DNA from: Tubiluchus corallicola | Taxonomy: Eukaryota; Animalia; Priapulida | DNA: 35,691 bases | Reading direction: 5' to 3' | NCBI GenBank assembly: GCA_030141605.1 | Contig: JAQGDQ010001537.1 | Span: 1-35,691 of the forward strand | Shown here: one piece after another, positions 1 through 11,920 of the stretch | Position numbering within the stretch: position 1 is the first letter of the stretch | Layout of the letters: each line of letters starts with the position of its first letter | The notes under the pieces: model-generated | Database searches by the model: none | Told to the model about the DNA's origin: nothing | Seen by the model: only the letters and a program-made list of their open reading frames with translations | Position numbers and translations under genes: made by a program

Positions 1-1830
1 GTGTGTGTTGGATCCATATGTTTAAGATGTCTCTGTTCAATGGGTAAGTCACTTGTGCCAATTTTTGCCATTATTGTCAATGATTCCTTACTGTCTGAAG
101 TCTTTTCATTATTATGTAGACAAACACTTTTTCAGCCGTTAGTGAAAAAACATAATCTTGAGCATAAATTCTGCAATTACCATCCGGTGGCTAATCTATC
201 ATTTGTATCAAAAATTATAGGAAAAAAAACCACTGCTGAGCAAATAAATGAATATCTCACTGATGATAATTTGTTTGAACCATTGCAATCTGCATATCAT
301 CCTAATAACAGTTGAGAGACTTGTCTTCTTAAAGTCAAAACCGATTTTCTTCATTCACTGGACAAGGGCAGTGTTGTAACACTCATTATGTTATATTTAT
401 CCGCAGCATCGCAAGAATTTGCTGGATGGGCTCCAGTATAGGTGTGGGATAAATGGAACTGCACTTGCGTTTTTTTACTCTTACCAATCCGATAGATTTC
501 AGAAAGTCAGTATTAATGATGTCAGGTTGATGGATATGGAGCAACATTGGGGTGTTCCCCAAGGGTCTGTTTTAGGCCCAATGTTGTTTTCCATATATGC
601 TTCTTATTTGGGCAACATTTCTAGGCTGCATGGTGTCGATTATTATGTCAGGTCGATGGATATGGAACAACATTGTGGTGTACCCCAAGGGTCTGTTTTA
701 GGCCCGATGTTGTTTTCCATATATTCTTCTTCTTTGGGCAACATTCTTATGCTGCATGGTGTCGATTATCTTGTCAGGTCGATGGATATGGAACAACATT
801 GGGGTGTTCCCCAAGGGTCTGTTTTAGGCCCGATGTTGTTTTCCATATATGCTTCTTATTTGGGCAACATTTCTAGGCTGCATGGTGTCGATTATTATGT
901 CAGGTCGATGGATATGGAACAACATTGTGGTGTACCCCAAGGGTCTGTTTTAGGCCCGATGTTGTTTTCCATATATTCTTCTTCTTTGGGCAACATTCTT
1001 AGGCTGTATGGTGTCGATTATCATCTATATGCTGATGACACACAGGTTTATCTGACGTTTAATCCTAAAATTGATATGGATGAAATGTAAACTGTGAATG
1101 TTATTCAGAACTGCTTTGTAGACATTTGTTCACAATTATTTGAAGCTTAGTGATGACAAAACCGATTTAATGATTTTTGGAAGTAAAAACCAATTATCAA
1201 AAGTTAAGCAGTCTTCTGTCCTTGCGGGCACTGATCTAATTGCGGTATCCGATGCAGTGAAAAACCTTTGGAGTTATTCTAGATCATCCATTAACTATGT
1301 CTACCCGTTTTAATAATGTGTACAAAACATCGTATTTCCATTTACGGAACATTTCTAAAATTTGACTTTGTTTATCAAAACCAGCCAGTGAAACTCTTAT
1401 CCACGCGTTTGTCAGTTATTGATTAGACTATTGTAGTAGCATAGATTAGACTTCTAATCGATTGTAATAGCACACTTTTTGGTATTCCGCAGTATCAGAT
1501 TGATAAACTACAACATGAACCCAACACAGCAGCTAGAATTATTACAGGCATTCGTAAATATGATCACGTAACTCCTGTTCTCATACATTTACACCGGTTG
1601 CCTGTTTCCTTCAGAATAAAATACAAAATTCTCTTATTAACACATTCAAAGCTCTGAATGATTTAGCGCCTTCCTATATGTCTGATTTTTTTAATCCATA
1701 CGCGCCCGACTGCAATCTTAGATGAATTGATTCATCGACACTCGTTGTACCATGTTATAATCTAGTCACACATGGTTCACATAGTGTTAGCGTAGCGGTA
1801 CGAAAATCATGGAATGATTTGCCAGTTTGT
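1..1830 (+). mobile_element. Degraded non-LTR retrotransposon (L2-like, CR1/L2 group) ORF2 remnant: RT and C-terminal region with stops and frameshifts
   Basis: Piecewise translation gives [85 protein letters not shown] and KSWNDLP, which are typical L2-clade ORF2 motifs. Left end is at or beyond the window edge. Confidence 0.9.
521..1022 (+). repeat. 4 x 126-bp tandem duplication inside the RT remnant
   Basis: Units start at 521, 647, 773 and 899. The 42-aa repeat MDMEQH(W/C)[16 protein letters not shown]... is visible in ORF 419-1090. Confidence 0.95.
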
Positions 1831-2036
1831 GCTACGAAACAACACCTTCCATAAGAAATAATGTAAAAGCAATCAGTTGTGATCCAGGAGCAGAAATCAA
1901 TAAGTATTGGCTATGAGAACTTACAGCACATTGTATGTCGACAAACTTGGCATCGTGTTCGCTGCTTGAATGACGTATTTACTCTAGAATTGAATTACAT
2001 TCACATCAATTCAACGTACGATTACATTTTATTTAG

Positions 2037-2216
2037 CGTTCATATTTGCTATCCTGGTGAAGTACAACCAGTGTGTCTGCAGCATGGATGACGTGTTTGA
2101 ACACGATGAGGAAACTACACGGTGTGACACAATCTGCGGCGGTACGTTTACCGGCATGAATAATCTCGGTTTTTGTGGAGGACAGGAGCTTTACAGCGTT
2201 TATCAAACCGACCACG
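2037..2216 (+). CDS. Exon encoding the C-terminal part of a WSC domain (gene convergent to the minus-strand WSC gene, or an inverted relic)
   Basis: Acceptor catttt atttAG|2037 and weak donor 2216|GTactc give 180 nt, phase 1-1. Translation FIFAILVKYNQCVCS...RCDTICGG...FCGGQELYSVYQT matches the WSC pattern C-x-C...C-xxx-C-G...CGG-xxxx-SVY. Confidence 0.6.
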
Positions 2217-2554
2217 GTACTCATTTTTTGTTAAATTACAATTGTAACTGTGACCAAGTTTGGCACAGCAAATGTAGCAACTTGAGATATTTTTCGCATC
2301 TATGATCGACAGTTGTTGTTTTTCGTTGCTCACCAAGAGCATTTAGAATCACTTTTCGTCTAGTTGCAAAGTTATATTACTTACCGGCTTGAAGGACTTA
2401 TGCAACTAGAATAAGAAATTCTTTAAAAATCTGAAATGTTTGTTCCAACTGGTAAAATGTCGATAGCTCACCTCCAGCATGTACAACTCACTCACCAAAA
2501 AACCTATTTTTAATCTTAATAACAAGTTGGTGCAATTCAAAATTTTGCTTAGTT

Positions 2555-3093
2555 GGTACTTGTAATTTTGGTACAGGTGATTTAGTACTAGTAAGTTTGG
2601 TACAGGTAAGTTTAGTACTAGTAAGTTTGCTACAGGTAAGTTAGGTACTGGTAATTTTGGTACAGGTAAGTTAGGTACTTGTAATTTTGGTACAGGTAAG
2701 TTTAGTACTAGTAAGTTTGGTACAGGTAAGTTAGGTACTAGTAAGTTTGGTACAGGTAAGTTAGGTAATGGTAATTTTGGTACAGGTAAGTTAGGTACTT
2801 GTAATTTTGGTACAGGTAAGTTTAGTACTAGTAAGTTTGGTACAGGTAAGTTAGGTACTAGTAAGTTTGGTACAGGTAAGTTAGGTACTGGTAATTTTGG
2901 TACAGGTAAGTTTAGTACTAGTAAGTTTGGTACAGGTAAGTTAGGTACTAGTAAGTTTGGTACAGGTAAGTTAGGTACTGGTAATTTTGGTACAGGTAAG
3001 TTAGGTACTGGTAATTTTGGTACAGGTAAGTTAGGTACGAGTAATTTTGGTACAGGTAAGTTAGGTACGCGTAATTTTGGTACAGGTAAGTTT
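2555..3093. repeat. 30-bp minisatellite (15-bp sub-period), ~18 copies
   Basis: Unit ggtacaggtaagttaggtactggtaatttt with variants; caggtaagt recurs every 30 nt (17 exact copies). Confidence 0.95.
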
Positions 3094-3384
3094 AGTTTGG
3101 CTATAGTGGGCTATAATATAGTTTGGCTATAATAATACTCACTTTTCAAATTTGGCAAAACTTCCTATCATTTATAACTAGCCCTGCCCTATAAAATACT
3201 AGATGGTATAGTGCAGTGGTTCCAAAACAGTGGCCCATGACCCCAAGTTTAACTTATTATTAATATTTATTTATTATTTATTATTATAACTCATTACCCA
3301 CTTTTCTGTTTAGAAACTAGTACTGCAATTGTAAAAGCCTCTTATTTTCAAACTCCGTACAAGATCCCGGAAGCTGTCATTTCG

Positions 3385-3495
3385 CCTCGACTTTAAAGTG
3401 AATTATCTCAGCTTAGAAATAACATAGACCAATGAACTTGGTATAAAAATGATCCTCAATGGAGATTCAGATATGTGATTAACTAGATAAGCTTA
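3385..3495 (+). repeat. Dispersed repeat copy 1 (old transposon fragment); partner at 17200-17312
   Basis: Shares cctcgacttt..gtg.attatctcagcttagaaataa....aaaatgatcctca...cagatatgtga.taacta...aagctta with 17200-17312. Confidence 0.75.
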
Positions 3496-3645
3496 TTTGC
3501 CGACTTGTGGACGATTTTGCTATGAAAGCAAGCGCATGTGTTACGTCTGTGTATTGCGGTGTGATACATATTTGGACAATAACGATTTCGTTCAAAACAA
3601 ATTCCGATCACAAGCTGCACATTATTAACACATGGAGTCGTACCT

Positions 3646-3665
3646 TTAGTCTTGGAGAATGGTGA
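3646..3665 (-). CDS. Possible terminal coding exon of the WSC gene (VTILQD*)
   Basis: Minus strand ttgcattctgacattttgaAG|TC ACC ATT CTC CAA GAC TAA is phase-compatible with the donor at 3783. It is too short to confirm. Confidence 0.3.
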
Positions 3666-3783
3666 CTTCAAAATGTCAGAATGCAAAAAATATTATGTCA
3701 CTGCTGCTGTATGGCTTGCGGTTTCTCAATTAAAGTCAGACACCTTTACTATCAGCCAATTTCATAAACAAAAAAATTCTTAC

Positions 3784-3996
3784 CATCTGTGGAATATACC
3801 ACCAAGCTTTTATTGCAAGCGACATTTGAAAAGCCGAGACTGCCGTACGTGTTGCCGCATCCGCAGTTGCGCTCCCACACACCAGCATATGCCCATCCAA
3901 AACTCTTACAAGAGAGGACACATATGTTAATAGAGTCGTGCGCAAATCTATTTTCACGCATTTCACTATCGTTCCAGCAGCCCAAGTTCTTGGTAC
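3784..3996 (-). CDS. WSC-domain gene, WSC exon 4 (short WSC)
   Basis: tttgatAG|...|GTaaga, 213 nt, phase 1-1; NLGCWND...ICVLSCKSFGWAYAGVWERNCGCGNTYG...VVYST. Confidence 0.8.
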
Positions 3997-4164
3997 CTAT
4001 CAAATTAACACAAAACAGGAAAACTTTTCTTCACAAATATTACACTGAAAACAACTTTCATATTACGAAAGAACAAACTAACCCTGGACAAGCACTTTTA
4101 ACACAAAATAATAAAATGAGCCTATTTGACAGCTAGACATCTCAAAGTTTAACGCGTAACCCTT

Positions 4165-5280
4165 GTTGGGTTGATTAAGTTCACACTTTCTTGTAACACA
4201 CCAAGCACATTGTCAAGTTCAGACTTGTTCTGTTGATTAAGTTCACACTTTCTTCTAACACACCAAGCACTTTGTCAAGTTCAGACTTGTTGGGTTGATT
4301 AAGTTCACATTTTCTTCTAACACACCAAGCACTTTGTCAAGTTCAGACTTGTTGGGTTAATTAAGTTCACACTTTCTTCTAAAACACCAAGCACTTTGTC
4401 AAGTTCAGACTTGTTGGGTTAATTAAGTTCACACTTTCTTCTAACACACCAAGCACTTTGTCAAGTTCAGACTTGTTGGGTTGATTAAGTTCACACTTTC
4501 TTCTAAAACACCAAGCACTCTGTCAAGTTCAGACTTGTTGGGTTGATTAAGTTCATACTTTCTTCTAACACACCAAGCACTCTGTCAAGTTCAGACTTGT
4601 TGGGTTGATTAAGTTCACACTATCTTCTAACACACCAAGCACTTTGTCAAGTTCAGACTTGTTGGGTTGATTAAGTTCACACTCTCTTCTAAAACACCAA
4701 GCACTCTGTCAAGTTCAGACTTGTTGGGCTGATTAAGTTCATACTTTCTTCTAACACACCAAGCACTCTGTCAAGTTCAGACTTGTTGGGTTGATTAAGT
4801 TCACACTCTCTTCTAAAACACCAAGCACTCTGTCAAGTTCAGACTTGTTGGGTTAATTAAGTTCACACTTTCTTCTAACACACCAAGCACTTTGTCAAGT
4901 TCAGACTTGTTGGGTTGATTAAGTTCACACTTTCTTCTAAAACACCAAGCACTCTGTCAAGTTCAGACTTGTTGGGTTGATTAAGTTCATACTTTCTTCT
5001 AACACACCAAGCACTCTGTCAAGTTCAGACTTGTTGGGTTGATTAAGTTCACACTATCTTCTAACACACCAAGCACTTTGTCAAGTTCAGACTTGTTGGG
5101 TTGATTAAGTTCACACTCTCTTCTAAAACACCAAGCACTCTGTCAAGTTCAGACTTGTTGGGCTGATTAAGTTCACAGTTTCTTCTAACACACCAAGCAC
5201 TTTGTCAAGTTCAGACTTGTTGGGTTGATCAAGTTCACACTTTCTTCTAACACACCAAGTACTTTGTCAAGTTCAGACTT
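4165..5280. repeat. 62-bp minisatellite, 18 copies (intronic)
   Basis: Unit gttgggttgattaagttcacactttcttctaacacaccaagcactttgtcaagttcagactt; period checked at 4227/4289. Confidence 0.97.
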
Positions 5281-6253
5281 TAACACTGGCACAGAACTAA
5301 CACCCAGCAGGCTTGACTTCAGTGCTGAGGTTTCTTTGCACTTTTGCACTGGCACAGAACTCACACCAGACAGGCTTGCCTTCAGTGTTGAGGTTTCTTT
5401 GCACTTTAACACTGGTACAGAACTGACACCAGGCAGGCTTGACTTCAGTACTGAGGTTTCTTTGCACTTTAACACTGGCACAGAACTGACACCAGGCAGG
5501 CTTGACTTCAGTACTGAGGTTTCTTTGTACTTTAACACTGGTACAGAACTGACACCAGGCAGGCTTGACTTCAGTACTGAGGTTTCTTTGTACTTTAACA
5601 CTGGCACAGAAATGACACCAGGCAGGCTTGACTTCAGTGCTGAGGTTTCTTTGCACTTTTGCACTGGCACAGAACTCACACCAGACAGGCTTGTCTTCAG
5701 TGTTGAGGTTTCTTTGCACTTTAACACTGGCACAGAACTGACACCAGGCAGGCTTGACTTCAGTACTGAGGTTTCTTTGCACTTTAACACTGGCACAGAA
5801 CTGACACCAGGCAGGCTTGACTTCAGTACTGAGGTTTCTTTGTACTTTAACACTGGTACAGAACTGACACCAGGCAGGCTTGACTTCAGTACTGAGGTTT
5901 CTTTGTACTTTAACACTGGTACAGAACTCACACCAGGCAGGCTTGACTTCAGTACTGAGGTTTCTTTGCACTTTAGCACTGGCACAGAACTGACACCAGG
6001 CAGGCTTGACTTCAGTACTGAGGTTTCTTTGCACTTTAACACTGGCACAGAACTGACACCAGGCAGGCTTGATTTCAGTACTGAGGTTTCTTTGCACTTT
6101 AACACTGGTACAGAACTAACACCCAGCAGGCTTGACTTCAGTACTGAGGTTTCTTTGCACTTTAACACTGGCACAGAACTGACACCAGGCAGGCTTGACT
6201 TCAGTACTGAGGTTTCTTTGTACTTTAACACTGGCACAGAAATGACACCAGGC
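5281..6253. repeat. 63-bp minisatellite, ~15.5 copies plus a degenerate copy (intronic)
   Basis: Unit taacactggcacagaactgacaccaggcaggcttgacttcagtactgaggtttctttgcactt. It explains the three overlapping 21-aa-repeat ORFs. Confidence 0.97.
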
Positions 6254-6790
6254 AAAGGTTGAGTCCAGTACTAAGGCTTCTTTAAACATCCAGAACTAGT
6301 ACAGAAGTGATATGTACAAGGCAAGGCTGATATGAAGTATTAACTTAAACCAGAAGCCAAGCACATCTTGTCGTAGTGACAGGTAATAGCATATACTTTG
6401 ACACTGTAAATATTTCACTTCATATTTTGCTAATGTTGTCTTACCGAGAAAACATTCCAGAGTTGACTGTTCAATTTTAATAAACAAATGTGCTAACTAG
6501 AAAGTGCAGCAGAGTTTGATTAATAAACTGATATTGAAATTACGAATTGAAATAAACTGCAACAGTTAAAATCATGTCAAACTACATATACAATATTATG
6601 TACACAAAAATGAGGTATGCAAATTACTGAAATTAGGAACTTTAAGACAAATAGGTTCACTGAGTTATTGCCTAGAAAAGTTGAACAATGAACTAGATTA
6701 TGTCTCAGGGTAGTCCGCATAAATTGACACAAATTTGCTTTGTCAGTTTTTCCTCACTTAAGGATCTAAAACAAGAACCTGTTTACTTAC

Positions 6791-7114
6791 TTTTACGCGC
6801 ATCAGTAGAAAAAACCACCATGGAGTTCGGTCCCGGGCAAGCCATACCCATGTTGCCAGGACTGCCACTAGGACTGCAAGACTTACAGTTCGTAGAAAAC
6901 TTGTCATATGGATATCCGTTACCACATATGCAATACATGCTGGCGTCTCGGTCAGCATACAAAATGGAAAAGTAATAGCCAGTCTTGTTACATTTTTCCT
7001 TACAATAAATGTCTTTTCGTCCGCTGAGGAAGTCAACATTCTCGAACGGCTGCTGGTAGTTATTTTTATCATCAAGCTGAAAACAACCTTCGAAGTCAGA
7101 ATGATCTTGTTCGG
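6791..7114 (-). CDS. WSC-domain gene, WSC exon 3
   Basis: ttctctttttcAG|...|GTaagt, 324 nt, phase 1-1; FEGCFQLDD...YCKEKCNKTGYYFSILY...YCICGNGYPY...C..C...ACPGPNSMVVFST. Confidence 0.85.
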
Positions 7115-7299
7115 CTGAAAAAGAGAAGGACAAAACTGGGTTTCACAAATTTCGAACACTTCCAGAACAGTTCATAAACGAAAAAAACGCTAAAAATCAA
7201 AAAAGGAGAAAAAGCTTTTTGCATTTTATCATCAGGTAAGAGATAAAGGAGAAAAAATCATTTTGAATCAATATTACAATTTTTTGGGTAGTTTTTTAT

Positions 7300-8058
7300 C
7301 ATCGTTTATATTAATTTCGGTGGTATGTTGCATATAAGATTCGAGGCTGCAGCTCCGACAACGGCACCATTTGCAGCGAGCTATATATCAAATGAAAGGC
7401 TTTGATCTAGTATGGTCTCACTGGGGGTTTATTTTTCGAATCAGGCCCACCCGGATGAATGGGGGCAAAAAACCTCCAAAAAACCTGCAAAACTTTTACC
7501 TCTTATTTCTAGAGAATGGGCTTAGGGTGTTGCCTGTTCAACGGTGGGTGTAGTAGGCGTATTTAGAAGCAACGGGATCCCACAACAGGCGTTTTCCCGG
7601 ACAAAAGTTTGGCCAAATAGCCTGTAGAAAAAACGTTCTAGCGGCATTCAGCGTGACTCTTGGAAGGAGATATACAGCTCTTTAGAAAGAGGAAGAACAG
7701 GGCTACATGATGATGTGGGCTACATTTTAGGATTATTAATTATAAGTGTTTTTATACGCTATTTTTTGCGGGGGCTTTTCTAGTCGTATATATTGATTTC
7801 GGTGGTTTGCCAAGGAAAGTGGACAGTGTTGACAATGGTCGAATAGCCTATTCAATGTTGGGTGTAGTGGGCATATTCAGAATGCGCGAGAGGCCCACGT
7901 CTTCTTGCAACGAGCGTTTTTCCGGACCCAGTCCTTGATTTTTTATCATAATTTTGGCTGAAAACCCTGTGAAAAAATCTTTCTAGCAGTGCCAGGCAGG
8001 ACTCTTGGAAGGAGATACATAGCTCTTTGGAAAAACGAGGTACGGGGCTACACGATGA
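7300..8058. repeat. Diverged direct duplication (~7300-7712 vs ~7782-8058), probably within an old non-autonomous DNA element
   Basis: Shared blocks in the same order: tcgt.tatatt.atttcggtggt, gggtgtagt.ggc.tatt.agaa, cgtttt.ccggac, gactcttggaaggagata, gggctaca.gatga. Confidence 0.6.
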
Positions 8059-10117
8059 GGAGGGTTTCTTTAAAGGGGGAATGTCATGAAACTTATCTTA
8101 TAGTTACCTTCACCGGGAACAACTTTGCGAAATTTTTTAGCAGTACGTTACAAATTTGAAAAAAGTATATGTAGTACAAAATAATCTAACACAATGCTCT
8201 TTGTGCTACACAATTTACCAAATACATTGAAGTCATTGTTTATGGTGTAAGGATTAACAATTTGCAGTTGTCGGTTTACGATTTATGTTTTTTCTTTAGT
8301 TAGCATTCAAAATTCAGGAAAAAGCGTCATAAATAAAATTCTAGCACAAAAAATTGCATTAAGAGATGACTAAACTGCATTGATAAACTCTGCACTTAGA
8401 ATGAAACAAGAAAAAGACACTACAAAAAACTGCATCTGACTGAATCTCTGCGAAGTGTAAACACAATGTTTTTAACACTAGAATTCATCATGTTCTAAAC
8501 TCATGTTTCAAAGCAAACAGCCGAGAAATTATTACACAGGTTGTAGGAGTGAATCCACGTTTTTAGATCATATTGCTTCAATAATTTTCTGTTGCTCATT
8601 GGAAACTAAAAGTTATTATATTTTGGCTTCGTATTTCGATACTTTCCGTCTGACTGCTGCATCCCGTCTAATTGCTGAATCCTAGTGCAACACATTCCAT
8701 GACCGTTTTTCAATAAGAACAATCAAGACCTAAACCGAGCAAATCACGCATCCAATTCACAATAAGCTAATCTTTATCGTGATTCCGTCACTAGGTATAA
8801 ACTGCATAAAAGTACTATATGCTGATGCTACTCGTCGATGTAAACAAATACTCAAACACGTACAATCGTTCTCCCCTTATGCATTTTGCCAAGTTTCATC
8901 TGTAGTACGGCAATTTCGCCACCAGAGGCGCAGGCGCAAATGCATGCTCAATGGCGGCCTAGTCAAATGTTCGTTTTGTGTACAATTTTATCCGAACTTT
9001 TGCCAAGGATTTTTAAGCACAAAATTTACGTCAAGAATAAGGTACGTATTTCTATTCGTAATATAAACGCGAGTTATTCAAGCTCAATGAGCTTAATAAC
9101 CTTATTAGAGTTATTCACAGCTTAATGATTAACTTCCTTCTCTGCCCTGCAATTATTTTGAACTGGTCCTTGTAGTTGCTTGTCTACAGTATTGCTTGTG
9201 TTTGGTGCAAAGATTTCCCTCATTACCCCACATAGGCACTATTCTGAGAATAAATTGTGTACAGCCCATATTCCAACTCAATATTGTAGTGTTTTATACG
9301 TCATTTCGATTAAAAAATAAAAAAGGCCATTTTACAAATTTGCATTTACCTTAAGGCTGCGATAAGCATCGTTACGTTCGCTAGTCAAATTAATCAACTT
9401 TATATTAAGCTAAAATATTAAATTAACTGAGTTCAGTTAGACCAGTAAACTTGTTTGTCAGCTGTAATGATTTGCCTATTTTTGCATCACTAATTCTGTA
9501 GTTCTAGACTTTACTAAACATGAAATCATGCAGTAAATAAACCTAATTTGGTAATTTACTAATTTATACGACGTTCTATCAAATTGATAAGATTGTCATT
9601 CATTAAGCTAAAATCAGTTCATAATGATTCAAAATGATGCATTTACTTACATCGTATGTCTCCATAAAGCAAATCTAGTATTCACCAATATATCTGACAA
9701 ATTATGCCACTATCATACTGTGAAAAACTACTTTTAAAGAAGCCTGTTAACGTCTACCAACTGACTCACTTGCCCAGGTAGAAACAGATCTGCACAGGTG
9801 ATTGACCGTGGTCACACGGCCAACGAGATACTTGGCTAAATTCATTTTAAGAATTCATTTCTCCGATCGACAATAAATTAACCCCAGCAGCACTGTAATT
9901 CTTACTTCAAGCATTAGCAAAGACTGCACGTTAAAGCTGTATGAGAAACATTCTCAAAAAATGTGAATGTGGCACATTAATGTTTCCAAAAAGTTAATTA
10001 TTAAAATGTACCACATAGTGGAAGCTAGTTTATATTAGTTGAACGCTTGACAACTTACATAATGACTTGCTAATTAATGATAAAGGAATTGGTGGTGTAA
10101 AACTTTTGCAAAATTAC

Positions 10118-10465
10118 CTCCAGTATCATAAACGGCAAACACTTCAGAGTTACTGCCTCCGAAACCTCCTTCGATTGTGCCTATCTTGCACGCCGCCCTG
10201 GCGGCTTTGGTGTCAAACAATGCTCCTAGTCCACCATCGCAGTAGCAATCGCCCTTATAGTTGGTGAAGTGGTACAACGCCAAGTGCGCATGTGTTTCCT
10301 TAAATTGAGGGAAACCGTTATTCTTTTCGATGATACGCCCAAGACAAAGTTTGAAACAGTGATATGGCGTGTCAGCTTCATCAGAATAGTTCCAACTAGA
10401 GTACCCAGATGGAACGTGCCAGCATCCTCGGAATTCGTGTCTTTCCTTTTGCCAATCAGCAAGAA
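10118..10465 (-). CDS. WSC-domain gene, WSC exon 2
   Basis: ttttttcAG|...|GTaatt, 348 nt, phase 1-1; EFRGCWH...TPYHCFKLC...HLALY...GDCYCDG...AC...GFGG...FAVYDT. Confidence 0.8.
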
Positions 10466-10774
10466 CTGAAAAAAATTCATACAAAGCTATAATGTTACTC
10501 AAGCAGTAGAGTAAAAAGGAACAGTGATTTCTAAACTAACTAGACAGACCAACATATAACTGTTACAAAAATAAATTGATCGACTTAATTATTAATCAAG
10601 AGCAAAAATACTGTAATACTGCCGGGCACTTACAAGGGGATAGTGTATCCCTAGCGAGTGCGTATTCAGGATTTCCGGAAGCCAACAGGTCCTGGTTCGG
10701 TATTTACTTGAAATTGTGTTCAGCATAAGTACAAAGTGAGGCAAGTTTCTAGTAGAACAACGAATGCTATGACT

Positions 10775-11560
10775 AGCTCAAGTAGAACGTAAGGCAAAGA
10801 ATAAAAGCTCAAGTAGAACATAAGTCAAAAAATAAATGTTCAAGCAGAACATAAGTCAAAGAATAAAAGCTCAAGCAGAACATAAGTCGAAGAATAAAAG
10901 CTCAAGCAGAGCATAAGTCAAAGAATAAAAGCTCAAGCAGAACGTAAGTCAAAGAATAAAAGTTCAAGTAGAACGTAAGTCGAGGAATAAAAGCTCAAGC
11001 AGAACATAAATCAAAGAATAAAAGTTCAAGCAGAACATAAATCAAAGAATAAAAGTTCAAGCAGAACATAAATCAAAGAATAAAAGTTCAAGCAGAACAT
11101 AAATCAAAGATAAAAGCTCAAGCAGAACATAAATCAAAGAATAAAAGTTCAAGCAGAACATAAATCAAAGAATAAATGTTCAAGCAGAACATAAATCAAA
11201 GAATAAAAGCTCAAGCAGAACATAAATCAAAGAATAAAAGTTCAAGCAGAACATAAATCAAAGATAAAAGCTCAAGCAGAACATAAATCAAAGAATAAAA
11301 GCTCAAGCAGAACATAAGTCGAGGAATAGAAGCTCAAGCAGAACATAAGTCAAGGAATAAAAGCTCAAGCAGAACATAGTCGAGGAATAAAAGTTCAAGC
11401 AGAACATAAGTCAAGGAATAAAAGCTCAAGCAGAACATAAGTCGAAGAATAAAAGCTCAAGCAGAACATAAATCAAAGAATAAAAGCTCAAGCAGAACAT
11501 AAGTCGAAGAATAAAAGCTCAAGCAGAACATGAATCAAAGATAAAAGCTCAAGCAGAACA
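10775..11560. repeat. 31-bp minisatellite, ~25 copies (intronic)
   Basis: Unit agaataaaagctcaagcagaacataa(g/a)tcaa. Confidence 0.95.
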
Positions 11561-11617
11561 CAAGTTGATGTGTTAAACAAAACCGAACAAACACTGAATA
11601 CAAATGAATCAGCTTAC

Positions 11618-11920
11618 ATGAAGTCTCATAAACTTTCGTTGCCCGGTCTTTACACACGTTGCCTGTAGAGTCAAATCCTGTACACTTCGTGTCACAAGTG
11701 TCAATTCCAAACCTTCCGTAGGAGTTACCGCAGAAGCAGCGATGTGGCGGGTTCTTATTTTCAAATATCAAACCGTAGTATGGAAAACTTTGGTTGGAGC
11801 ATTCACTATTGCAAACATTTCTCACCTGTTCTTCAGAACTACGTTCATCAATTTCGAAGCTTTGCGGAAAGTCGTCTTCATTATGAGCGCTTGTAACATA
11901 GCAACCAAGAGAGTCGTCCT
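11618..11920 (-). CDS. WSC-domain gene, WSC exon 1
   Basis: cttctttttAG|...|GTaagc, 303 nt, phase 1-1; DDSLGCY...VCNSECSNQSFPYYGL...RCFCGNSYGRFG..TCDTKC...KVYET. Confidence 0.85.

Noticed and set aside
3214-3324. Small hAT MITE starting cagtggttccaaaac
   Set aside because: The right TIR is very degenerate and there is no TSD.
5185-6262. Long 21-aa-repeat ORFs on both strands (mucin-like exon?)
   Set aside because: By-product of a 63-bp unit. It is open in three frames at once, has no donor, and runs directly into a 62-bp (non-triplet) array with stops.
8918-8938. NRF1-like gcgcaggcgca overlapping a CTCF-like ccaccagaggcgc
   Set aside because: Isolated motif match in an intron with no supporting exon structure.
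9340-9925. Several minus-strand donor-like sites suggesting extra WSC-gene micro-exons
   Set aside because: No recognisable domain, inconsistent phases, and the flanking WSC exons already join in frame.
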